In this document: positions 54,741 through 62,622 of the stretch, piece by piece
Numbering within the stretch: the stretch's first letter is position 1
Layout of the letters: every line of letters starts with the position of its first letter
Virus record (IMG/VR): IMGVR_UViG_3300036766_000439
Coordinates: 2,086 to 66,085 of that record
Direction: 5' to 3' (one strand)
DNA length: 64,000 nt
DNA from: a virus
Taxonomy: Duplodnaviria > Caudoviricetes
Program-made: the position numbers and the translations under genes
The notes under the pieces: model-generated
Seen by the model: only the letters and a program-made list of their open reading frames with translations
The model's database searches: none
Told to the model about the DNA's origin: nothing

Positions 54741-54883
54741 AAAAGAAGAACTCAGCGGCGGTCGCACTCGGCAAAATGCGGAGTGCGGCGAAAGCTAAAG
54801 CAGCGAGAGAGAACGGGCAGCTTGGAGGCCGTCCGAAAACCAAGCGCGTGACCCGGCGTGCTAACGCAAAGCTCACGCCATGA
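54737..54883 (+). CDS. Small basic putative DNA-binding peptide
   Basis: AAVALGK..SAAKAKAARENGQLGGRPK motif. Confidence 0.65.
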   Translation: MKKKNSAAVALGKMRSAAKAKAARENGQLGGRPKTKRVTRRANAKLTP

Positions 54884-54959
54884 CTACCGCGCCCACACGC
54901 TCCGACCTCGCTAATGACTCCCACGCGGTAGTCATTGAGCGTGGAGCGTCTTGTTCGAC
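54859..54959 (-). repeat. attC
   Basis: TGCTAAC..GCTCACGC-CATGACTACCGCG...CGCGGTAGTCATTG-AGCGTGGAGC..GTTCGAC. Confidence 0.85.
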
Positions 54960-55212
54960 GTTGGCGCGGCACGAATGGCAAACCTGCGAAATCGAGGACT
55001 GCGACGAATGCCAATGGCTCGTCGATTGGGGGATGGTGATGGCGTGCGACCACTGCGGTAGCCCCGGAATGGTGGACTGCGACGGCTGGGTAATGCACGA
55101 ACCGTGGCTGTCTGATGGCGCGTGCGTCTGTATCGGTTGCAGCGCCCAAATCGAGGCGGCATTCAATTCGTCGAACGCTAAAGTTCAGACACGAGCGGAG
55201 GACAAACTATGA
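54880..55212 (+). CDS. Cassette Cys-rich protein
   Basis: ATG in the attC stem; several CxxC motifs. Confidence 0.65.
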   Translation: MTTAPTRSDLANDSHAVVIERGASCSTLARHEWQTCEIEDCDECQWLVDWGMVMACDHCGSPGMVDCDGWVMHEPWLSDGACVCIGCSAQIEAAFNSSNAKVQTRAEDKL

Positions 55213-55261
55213 AAAACAAAAAGAGCGCAGCCCGCTCGTTGTCTGTGGCGGCGGGTTCGGC
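55170..55261 (-). repeat. attC carrying SD and ATG
   Basis: GTCGAAC..CAGACACGAGCGG-AGGACAAACTATG...CCGCTCGTTGTCTG..GTTCGGC. Confidence 0.85.
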
Positions 55262-55457
55262 ATGGCTCCACTGGGGCTACTCAAAGGAGCTTGGGAAATA
55301 CTATGCAATAATCCAAGAAAGGGATCGCGCACACGCGCTAATAATCTCAGACGATAGTATCAATTGGCGACGCGCGAGCCCACGCGAAACGTGGCAGCCG
55401 TGTAGGATTGACGCCGGCAAAATACTTCCTATTCTTCCGCTTTCGCGGGCGATGTGA
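55209..55457 (+). CDS. Cassette hypothetical protein
   Basis: GGAGG-N6-ATG located inside the attC. Confidence 0.65.
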   Translation: MKNKKSAARSLSVAAGSAWLHWGYSKELGKYYAIIQERDRAHALIISDDSINWRRASPRETWQPCRIDAGKILPILPLSRAM

Positions 55458-55459
55458 AA

Positions 55460-55572
55460 GCCGAACGAAAAGCTCTCGCGCCCTGCCGCCGAATAAAAAT
55501 GGACTCACTCTTGCAAATGGACTTTGAACAACCCGCGAGCGCGGCAGGGTTGCGAGCAGCGCCGGGTTCGGC
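55460..55572 (-). repeat. attC
   Basis: GCCGAAC..GCTCTCGCGCCCTGCCGC...GCGGCAGGGTTGCGAGCAGC..GTTCGGC. Confidence 0.85.
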
Positions 55573-56056
55573 GTCAGTGCTGGACGTGTGCTGCGGGAGT
55601 CGGATGTTCTGGTTCGACCGCAAGAATCCGGCCGCAATCTTCTTGGACAAGCGCCGCGAGAGACACCTGGCCGCTGACTGCTCGGTGAAGAACGGCGAGC
55701 GGGAAATCGTGATAGACCCCGACATCGTTGCGGACTTCACAGACCTGCCGTTCGACGACAACACCTTCGCGCACGTCATCTTCGACCCGCCGCACATCCA
55801 GCGGAATGGTGATACGAGCTGGCTGCTCAAAAAGTATGGAGTCCTGCGCGGTGACTGGCGCGCGATGCTGCGCCTCGGCTTCGCTGAATGCTTCCGCGTC
55901 CTGAAACCCGAAGGCACGCTCATTTTCAAGTGGAACGAAATCGAAGTGCCGCTGCGCGAAATCCTCGCGCTGACTCCGGTGCAGCCGCTCTACGGACACC
56001 GCACCGGGAGGCAGGCGAAAACGCACTGGTGCGCGTTCCTGAAGCCGAACAAATAA
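55499..56056 (+). CDS. Amino (N6A/N4C) DNA methyltransferase-like
   Basis: VLDVCCGSRMFWFD, FDPPH, ECFRVLKP.GTLIFKW. Confidence 0.8.
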   Translation: MDSLLQMDFEQPASAAGLRAAPGSASVLDVCCGSRMFWFDRKNPAAIFLDKRRERHLAADCSVKNGEREIVIDPDIVADFTDLPFDDNTFAHVIFDPPHIQRNGDTSWLLKKYGVLRGDWRAMLRLGFAECFRVLKPEGTLIFKWNEIEVPLREILALTPVQPLYGHRTGRQAKTHWCAFLKPNK

Positions 56057-56140
56057 GATGACACAGATGCCCGCTCTCCCTGATGCTACTACCGCTGGAA
56101 ACGTCCCAGCGGGCATCTTGTGTCTGGCGCCTGGTTCTCC
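56044..56140 (-). repeat. attC
   Basis: GCCGAAC..GATGACACAGATGCCCGCT...AGCGGGCATCTTGTGTCTGGC..GTTCTCC. Confidence 0.85.
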
Positions 56141-56606
56141 ATCCGGGACGCACCAGAATCAACTGCCGCCGGCCGCCAACAAATTCCACGTCGGCAACGG
56201 ATCCGACGGCAAGCACTACTGGCTCACGCCGCCGGTGCTGATGGCCGAACTGCAATCCGAATTTGCGTTCGACTTCGACCCATGCCCCTGCCCGAAGCCG
56301 GAAGGCTTCGACGGACTGACGTGCGAATGGGGGCAATCGAACTACGTGAATCCCCCGTTTGGATCCATCATGCACGAGGGGAAAAAGAAAGGTCCGACTG
56401 CGTGGGCAAGGAAGGCGATCTTGGAGCACCGGAAGGGCAAAAAAGTGGTGCTCGTATATCCCATCGACAAATGGGTGCTGATGCTGCTCGCGGCTGGAGC
56501 GAAGGTGCGGAACCTCGGCGATGTCCGTTGGTGCGCGACCGAAGACGGCTCACAGGGCAAAGGCACCGGTCGGCACATCGCCGCCTTTATCTTGGAGAAC
56601 GAATAG
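56058..56606 (+). CDS. Phage Dam-like N6-adenine methyltransferase
   Basis: WLTP...FDFDPC, DGL..EW, YVNPPF. Confidence 0.8.
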   Translation: MTQMPALPDATTAGNVPAGILCLAPGSPSGTHQNQLPPAANKFHVGNGSDGKHYWLTPPVLMAELQSEFAFDFDPCPCPKPEGFDGLTCEWGQSNYVNPPFGSIMHEGKKKGPTAWARKAILEHRKGKKVVLVYPIDKWVLMLLAAGAKVRNLGDVRWCATEDGSQGKGTGRHIAAFILENE

Positions 56607-56684
56607 CTCTGATATGCCGCCTCAAGAGTCATCCCAAATTACGAGAGACGCGATGGCGGCATTATCAGCAGCGCATGGTTCGAG
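56594..56684 (-). repeat. attC
   Basis: GGAGAAC..GCTCTGATATGCCGCC...GGCGGCATTATCAGCAGC..GTTCGAG. Confidence 0.85.
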
Positions 56685-57048
56685 GACTTTCATGTATCGC
56701 ATCGCAGCAAAACACTCCACCGTCCTCGGCTACGGAGCAACCTCGCAGATGGGTAAAAAACTGTGGGCCTCGCTGGTGTGGGCTGGCGCGCGAAAGGATG
56801 GCGGCGCGCACATGATGAATCCAACCGGCGGCGAATACCTGCACGTCCGCGTGAAGCCAGTTGCGGACGGGTGCTGGTATCGCGTCCGATGCTCGCACTA
56901 CATCGGCAGCCAATGGCGCGGCGGCGTGGTGCAAAAGATCGCGCTGAAACAAAAAGGAGGCAGGTGGCACTGGCGCGTCACTGTGTCCTCGAACATTGGA
57001 CATGAGCCGCGTGCGGGCGAATCACCCTCGATGCCGAGCGCAGAATAA
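56614..57048 (+). CDS. Cassette hypothetical protein
   Basis: ATG in the attC stem; GGEYLHV...YRVRC. Confidence 0.6.
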   Translation: MPPQESSQITRDAMAALSAAHGSRTFMYRIAAKHSTVLGYGATSQMGKKLWASLVWAGARKDGGAHMMNPTGGEYLHVRVKPVADGCWYRVRCSHYIGSQWRGGVVQKIALKQKGGRWHWRVTVSSNIGHEPRAGESPSMPSAE

Positions 57049-57099
57049 ATAACCGAATCACCCCCAGCCCCGCACGTTGGCTCTGGGGACTGGTTAGGC
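56988..57099 (-). repeat. attC (first cassette next to attI)
   Basis: CTCGAAC..CATGAGCCGCGTGCGGG...CCCGCACGTTGGCTCTGG..GTTAGGC. Confidence 0.85.
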
Positions 57100-57108
57100 T
57101 CCGATTTT

Positions 57109-57321
57109 ATGACCCACGAACCAATCAAAATCCACGAATACGAAATCACGGAAGAGCAGATCGCGAACCTAGCGACGGAGTTCTTCGGCACCGTCGTCTA
57201 TCCGGCGGGCAACCACCAAACGGCTCATCTCTCTTTTACGGGCCAGCCGGACACATCCCGCGAAGAACTGCGGGCTCAATTCATGCGCGCTCTCGCGTGC
57301 TACAAACGGGCTTCTGCCTAA
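57109..57321 (+). CDS. Cassette hypothetical protein (attI-proximal)
   Basis: Stop TAA inside GCCTAAC of the attI junction. Confidence 0.7.
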   Translation: MTHEPIKIHEYEITEEQIANLATEFFGTVVYPAGNHQTAHLSFTGQPDTSREELRAQFMRALACYKRASA

Positions 57322-57350
57322 CAGGTGATTAACTAGAACAAAATCTATCT
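57316..57350 (-). other. attI-like primary integration site
   Basis: Minus strand ...GTTCTAGTTAATCACCT-GTTAGGC; non-palindromic, AT-rich, immediately 5' of intI; R box complementary to the first cassette's R''. Confidence 0.65.
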
Positions 57351-57355
57351 ATCAA

Positions 57356-58312
57356 ATGTCCGAAAAAGACGCCATTCAACGCTTTGTCGCTTTCATGCGG
57401 CTAAAACACTGGGCACTCACCACGGAGCGCAGTTACGTCGCGTGGGCGCACAAATACACGGCGTTCGTCAAGCGCGGGACTTGCGGCAGATCGTCCTCGG
57501 AAGAAAAGGTGCGGGCCTACCTCGAATCTATCGCACCGCATTGCGCGGCCAAGACGCAGAATCAATGCCTAAACGCTCTGGTCGTTTTCTACCGCGAGGG
57601 CATCGGCACTCCGCTAGGCAAGCTCGGTGCGTGGTCCTACGCCAAACGCCCGCAGCGCATCCCGGAATATGTCGATGTGGCGGACGCCAAGCGCATCCTC
57701 GCGCTGATTCCCGGCACACATGGACTGATGGCTTCACTGCTTTTTGGCAGCGGACTGCGACTCATGGAGTGCGTCAGGCTGCGCGTGAAAGACTGCGACG
57801 TGAAAAACCGCGCGCTGTTCATCCGGGGCGGCAAGGGGAACAAAGACCGCGTGGTGAATCTGCCGGTGTCGCTCGTCGCACCGCTCACCGCCCATCTTGA
57901 ACGAGTCAAGGCCCTATGGACCGGCGATCAAGCCAATGGGCACCCGCCGATTCAACTACCGACAGAAGGGCTTGACCGCAAGTTTCCCAACGGCGGAAAA
58001 CAGTGGCCGTGGTTCTGGGTCTTTCCTGGCAAGGGGCTTTCGCGCGACCCACGCAGCGGCATCTATCGCCGTCACCATACCCACGAGAATGGGCTGCAAA
58101 AGGCCGTCACCAAGGCTGCACAGGTGGCAGGTATCGGCAAGCGGGTTTCCTGTCACACGCTTCGCCACGGCTATATCACGGCGCTGGTTCAGGCGGGCGA
58201 AGATATTTCCAAAGTGCAGGCGTTGGCCGGTCACAAGCATATCGCCACCACCCAAATCTACATTCACATCGCCCCGAAGGCCGTCGCCTCGGTCAAAAGC
58301 CCGCTGGATTAA
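57356..58312 (+). CDS. intI: Integron integrase (IntI family tyrosine recombinase)
   Basis: TERSY..W N-domain; GSGLRLMEC.RLRVKD, GGKGNKDR, HTLRH, GH, TTQIY; integron-specific insert WPWFWVFP...SRDPRSG..RRHH. Confidence 0.93.
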   Translation: MSEKDAIQRFVAFMRLKHWALTTERSYVAWAHKYTAFVKRGTCGRSSSEEKVRAYLESIAPHCAAKTQNQCLNALVVFYREGIGTPLGKLGAWSYAKRPQRIPEYVDVADAKRILALIPGTHGLMASLLFGSGLRLMECVRLRVKDCDVKNRALFIRGGKGNKDRVVNLPVSLVAPLTAHLERVKALWTGDQANGHPPIQLPTEGLDRKFPNGGKQWPWFWVFPGKGLSRDPRSGIYRRHHTHENGLQKAVTKAAQVAGIGKRVSCHTLRHGYITALVQAGEDISKVQALAGHKHIATTQIYIHIAPKAVASVKSPLD

Positions 58313-58920
58313 ACGGGAGCGCCGCGGCCAAACAGCTTCCGTGTGAAATTGCCGTAGCGGTCGGGCTTCTTCGAGGGGAACTTGCCGGCGAACAGTCCTG
58401 CCTTGGGCGCACCGGGAACCGCATCGTCGCCCGATGGCACGCCGGCCCCGCGCTGGGTGACGCCAAGGGATTCGCCGGGATCGAGGTCTTCGGTCTCGCC
58501 ATCCAGCGGCATTTCGTCGGCAGAGTTGGTGAGTGGGTTCGCTGCTTCCGTTTGCTGGGGCGGGCGTGGCGTGGGTGCAGTAGGAGCCGGATAAGCATCT
58601 GGCAGCGAATCCTCGGAACCAGGGATGTTCTGCACCGGAGCCGGAGTTGGCGACGTGCGCGACATCGGGGTTTTAGGAAGAGCCTTAGCCGCGTTGTAGC
58701 TGCCGGGCTTGGCCCACATGCTTCCGGTATAGGCGTTCACGTCGATGCCGCCGGGATTGGCCTTGCGCAATGCCGTGGCGGTGTCCCCGTATTTCGGCTG
58801 CGGCGCAGACGGATTAGAAGACATGGCGGTCGGAATACCGGTAAAATTGCGGCCCCTGATGGGCGTCATCGGGGTTCTGCGTGTTCTGGGCAGAGGGGGC
58901 GCTTGAGAGATTGGGGGCAT
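58309..58920 (-). CDS. Pro-rich hypothetical protein
   Basis: 203 aa; last gene of the leftward operon, convergent with intI. Confidence 0.55.
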   Translation of the reverse strand: MPPISQAPPLPRTRRTPMTPIRGRNFTGIPTAMSSNPSAPQPKYGDTATALRKANPGGIDVNAYTGSMWAKPGSYNAAKALPKTPMSRTSPTPAPVQNIPGSEDSLPDAYPAPTAPTPRPPQQTEAANPLTNSADEMPLDGETEDLDPGESLGVTQRGAGVPSGDDAVPGAPKAGLFAGKFPSKKPDRYGNFTRKLFGRGAPV

Positions 58921-58931
58921 GATGGGAATGG

Positions 58932-59981
58932 TTAGAGTTTAATTGTGAAAACTTCAAGCCAAGGAATTTGCCGCGTGCGGAGGTGGCCGCGATACTCGCC
59001 CTCCTGCTCATGGTAGGCGACATGATGGACGTATTTCTTCTCATCGCCGCCCTTCTTCTTTTCCCAAATGACATGATCGCAGGGGCAGTGCGTGATGACG
59101 TTGATCCTGAGACCGGCCGGATGCCAGCGATGCCAGCAGACGAAAAGGTCTTCGGTGCCGCCGCCGTCATAGCCGTCGAAGGTTGCCAGGGCCAGTGCCT
59201 CGCGGTTCAGCAGGGTGCAGCCGAAACCGCACCAGTCCGAGGGCAGCACCGCCCCGCGGCCGATGCCCGGCGCATAATGGTCGAGCCAGCCGCGCCGCCG
59301 CCAGCCGTGTTTGGCGATCACTTCCCAAATGTTGCCGTCGGGCGGGCACTCCTTGATCTTCTTGTTCGTTTCCTCCCACTTTTTGCGCTGCTCGTCGGTG
59401 GGTTGCGCCTTGTCCTCATTGAGCTTTTTCAACTCCGCCTCGTTGGCGTCGAACTCCGCCTTGAGTTCGGGGGGGAGCTTGCGCTCGCCCGGCAGGAAAT
59501 CCTCGGCAATCGGGTGCTGCCGCGTGCCGCAGCCGCCGAGGAAAGCGCCGTTGGGATAAGGGCAGGTGGAGACGGAATAATACCCGCCGTCAAATTCCAG
59601 CATCGTCAGGCTACAGCGGAGCGCATTGGCGGGCGGGAGCACGTCGCTGTCGAGCGACCAGCAGAAATCGGCGTTGAATTTGCGGGCCTGGGCAAAGGCT
59701 TCGCTGCGCATGGCGGCAATCAGGAGCTGCGCCTGCGGCTTGTAGTTTTCGCCGCCCTCGGTGAGCGTGGCGTCGCCAGCCAGGCGCACCACCCAGCCCT
59801 CCGGCAGGATGGCCTCGTAATACTTCGCCACGGCCTTTAACTCGCGCGACGTGTCGCCCACGAGGATGAGGGCGCCGGGCTCGGCGCGCGCCGCGGCGAT
59901 ATTGGCCAGCACCCGCCGGGCCTGCGCGCTCATCGCGTAGGTGTAGCTCTTGGTGGCGCAGATCGTGATCGCGAGTTTCAT
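58932..59981 (-). CDS. Glycosyltransferase (GT-A-like)
   Basis: SLDSDV (DxD), DWCGFGCTL, TEDL, CDH. Confidence 0.65.
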   Translation of the reverse strand: MKLAITICATKSYTYAMSAQARRVLANIAAARAEPGALILVGDTSRELKAVAKYYEAILPEGWVVRLAGDATLTEGGENYKPQAQLLIAAMRSEAFAQARKFNADFCWSLDSDVLPPANALRCSLTMLEFDGGYYSVSTCPYPNGAFLGGCGTRQHPIAEDFLPGERKLPPELKAEFDANEAELKKLNEDKAQPTDEQRKKWEETNKKIKECPPDGNIWEVIAKHGWRRRGWLDHYAPGIGRGAVLPSDWCGFGCTLLNREALALATFDGYDGGGTEDLFVCWHRWHPAGLRINVITHCPCDHVIWEKKKGGDEKKYVHHVAYHEQEGEYRGHLRTRQIPWLEVFTIKL

Positions 59982-62092
59982 GCGGTGGGATATTTTGAGA
60001 ACGAGACGATTTGCTCGGAGCGCCCGGTGTTGATTGCGGCAGAGACTTCGGTGGACGTGGCCAGGGTGTAGGGCTTCGCCAGGGCTGTGGGCGGAATCGC
60101 GTGGGCCGCTGTGCTGTCGGAATGGGTGCCGGGGGCCGTGCGCGTGTAGGTGCTGCTCACGCTGCCGCCCGCCGATACGTCGGTGACGGCAAAAAGGCCC
60201 GGCCAGTCGATGATGCTGTCAGCCCAGGATGCTTGTTCCGGGATGCCGCCATTTCTGGCCGAGGCGTTGCTTGTGGCGTCTGCGTAAAAATTGGTCTGGG
60301 TGGAAACCAGGGCAAAGGTATGGGTATTTGCTCCGGTGCCGGTGGTGGAGGTGCGCGTCGTGGTGTCGGTGTAGGTGCTCGTGCTGGAAAGATAAGTGTA
60401 GGTCGTCGTATAGCTGGACCGCACCGCACTGGTGACGAGCAGGACGCTCGATCCCGTATCCCATTTGCCCGTGTAGGCCGTGGTGCTTCCCCCGCCATAG
60501 CTGGCCCAGGTGGTGTTTCGGACAAACAACTCCGGCGACTGGATAAAATTCGGAAAAACATTCACCAGTCCGCCGAGATACGGATAATAGAGCGATGGCG
60601 AGCAACTGAGCTGAAGGCCGATGGCGTCAGCCGAACCGATGGCGGCCGGGTTTTTCCATCCATAAAACGGAATGTGGCGCACGGCGCTGCGCGAGCCGCC
60701 AAACAGCGTCCAAGAGCAGGACGGCCAGGTGGCTTCGTTGCGGGTCGCCCCGGCGTCGTTCTCGGAATATGAAATCGTGGTTTGGCTTCCGGCGGCGCTG
60801 GCTGTCGTTGTGCCAGAGCCCGACCCGGAGCTTGTCGTCACAAACTCAAGGCCGGAAACCACCGTGTAGGTGTAAAGGTTGGTAAAAGTGAAATGAACCG
60901 TGGCCGCCGCTGTCGCGCTGGCCGCCGTGTTGATCTTCATTTCTGCGGTAACCGCATTCATGTGTCCGGCGAAAGCCGAAACTGAGGTTGTCAGGCCGCT
61001 AAATACATTGGAGGTGGTCCGCGAAGTCCACCGGGACGTTGCAAAACTGCTCGTGGTGTTGGCCGCCATCAGTTGCGTGCCGGTGCCGTGGGGAAACACC
61101 GCATAATTGGCTGTGGCCACCGTCACGGTCAAATTCGTGGTCGTCAGGTTGGTGTAGGTGGTCCCCGTCGTGGTAATGGTGCTGTAGGTGATGGTCTGGA
61201 CGGTGCGCGAATACACATCCAGGATGGTATCGGCACCAAAGAGATCGAGGGTGTCCGTGGTGCGGGTGAAGGACTGGCCGATGTTGGCCGCGAAGTCCGC
61301 CGTCGAATCGGTCGCGGTGATTTTGTAGAGGATTTCCGAGTTCCCTGCATCGACAATGTTCACCAGCGTAACATAACCCGTCGAGGAGGCCGAGGCGTGC
61401 GTCACAAAAGAGGTCGAGGTCGCAGTCACCGTGCGGGTCCAGACATCGCTTGTTTCCTGCGTGGTCGTGTAGGTCGCCGTGCCAATGGTGACGGCAGTAT
61501 CCCAAATCGTCGTTAAAAGGCCGAAATCAAGCGTGGTCGTAATTCCCCAAATGTCGTAGGTGCCGCTGCTCGTGCCCGCGGCCAGATATGTCACCGCATA
61601 GGTTTCCGTCGTGGATACATAGGTTGGATGACCAAAGGTGCCGACCGTGCCGCTGCCGGAGGAGGTGGTTTGACCGGAGCCAGAGTTTGCTGTGTTGGTG
61701 GATGAAGACGAAGATGTTGCCGTGAAACTAGAGCCCGTGCCATTGCGAATTACCGTGGATGCCTGATAGGAAGTGCTGAAAACAGTTTCACTAAATGTCG
61801 TGGTGCTTGTGCTGGTGCTGGTCGGCGTTTCAGTCGTTGCCGTTGTGGTATAAGTGTATGTTCCGGTGGCTGAGAGCGTGTCACTCAGGCTGTAATTGGT
61901 TTCAATTTCAAACGAGTATGACAGACCGCCAGTGGCATTCGTGCTGTAATCTGTAAGTCCGTTGATCGTTGATTTTGTGGTGATCGAGCGCGTGGAGTTC
62001 GCGTAATACGTCCCGAACGAACTGTATCGCGTCTCCGAGCTTTCCGACGACGAGACAAACGTGGGGACGTAGGTTGTTTGATAAACAAACAT
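59978..62092 (-). CDS. Extremely Thr/Ser-rich protein
   Basis: 704 aa dominated by T/S with almost no Lys; between tail-like genes and a GT. Confidence 0.65.
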   Translation of the reverse strand: MFVYQTTYVPTFVSSSESSETRYSSFGTYYANSTRSITTKSTINGLTDYSTNATGGLSYSFEIETNYSLSDTLSATGTYTYTTTATTETPTSTSTSTTTFSETVFSTSYQASTVIRNGTGSSFTATSSSSSTNTANSGSGQTTSSGSGTVGTFGHPTYVSTTETYAVTYLAAGTSSGTYDIWGITTTLDFGLLTTIWDTAVTIGTATYTTTQETSDVWTRTVTATSTSFVTHASASSTGYVTLVNIVDAGNSEILYKITATDSTADFAANIGQSFTRTTDTLDLFGADTILDVYSRTVQTITYSTITTTGTTYTNLTTTNLTVTVATANYAVFPHGTGTQLMAANTTSSFATSRWTSRTTSNVFSGLTTSVSAFAGHMNAVTAEMKINTAASATAAATVHFTFTNLYTYTVVSGLEFVTTSSGSGSGTTTASAAGSQTTISYSENDAGATRNEATWPSCSWTLFGGSRSAVRHIPFYGWKNPAAIGSADAIGLQLSCSPSLYYPYLGGLVNVFPNFIQSPELFVRNTTWASYGGGSTTAYTGKWDTGSSVLLVTSAVRSSYTTTYTYLSSTSTYTDTTTRTSTTGTGANTHTFALVSTQTNFYADATSNASARNGGIPEQASWADSIIDWPGLFAVTDVSAGGSVSSTYTRTAPGTHSDSTAAHAIPPTALAKPYTLATSTEVSAAINTGRSEQIVSFSKYPTA

Positions 62093-62622
62093 CAGAAGCC
62101 CCAGGTGTAATAAATGTCGTAGGCGGGGAGGCCCGCGACAGGCGAAACCTTTTCCAGGCGGAAGGCTTCGGCGGAGGGTGCGTAGAGGTTGGAATCTCCG
62201 AGGGACTTGAAGGCAACGGCATCCACAATCACGCCCACGAGAATCTTGAAACTCACCGGAGGACTGCCTGCCGTCGGAGCAATGCCCGGAGGCGGAACGC
62301 TGTCTATCGCCAAGGTGGCAGACGTAATCTGTCCGTCAGAAGCCGTGCAGTCGATTACGAGATAATAGGTGCCGGTAGGAGAAACGGTCACGCCAGTCAG
62401 GTAGTTTGAAACGAGCAACTGGTTCACCGTGCCCGGCCAGATTGTAACGGTGCGCGTCGAGCCTGTGCTGGTGATGAAAATGTCGAACGGATGATGCCCG
62501 GTTGTGCCACCACCGCCAGAGGGCGACGGGCCGAGTTCCGCACTGGGCAGCCAAGGGCGGCTCAAATCCAATGACGGGCTTGGCGATGCCAAGCGCAGTA
62601 AACCAAGCCGGTTAAGATTCAT
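62092..62622 (-). CDS. Putative tail protein
   Basis: GGGG..HPF...V.IWPGTVN motif. Confidence 0.55.
   Translation of the reverse strand: MNLNRLGLLRLASPSPSLDLSRPWLPSAELGPSPSGGGGTTGHHPFDIFITSTGSTRTVTIWPGTVNQLLVSNYLTGVTVSPTGTYYLVIDCTASDGQITSATLAIDSVPPPGIAPTAGSPPVSFKILVGVIVDAVAFKSLGDSNLYAPSAEAFRLEKVSPVAGLPAYDIYYTWGF

Larger units (their letters stand above)
46532..58312. mobile_element. Phage-borne integron: intI, attI-like site and about 25 cassette units with inverted ORFs
   Basis: IntI-type integrase, adjacent attI-like site, about 20 intact attC palindromes, complementary R boxes at cassette ends. Confidence 0.9.

Noticed and set aside
46532-57322. CRISPR array or terminator series as an explanation for the recurring palindromes
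   Set aside because: Units are about 60-130 bp, variable, separated by whole genes, lack U-tails, and carry R/L boxes with extra bases next to an IntI.
57323-57355. LexA box upstream of intI
   Set aside because: Only a GAACA half-site, with no convincing palindrome.
57356-58312. Ordinary prophage integrase or shufflon invertase
   Set aside because: It has the integron-specific insert, and all sites in the array are in direct orientation with no inverted segments.
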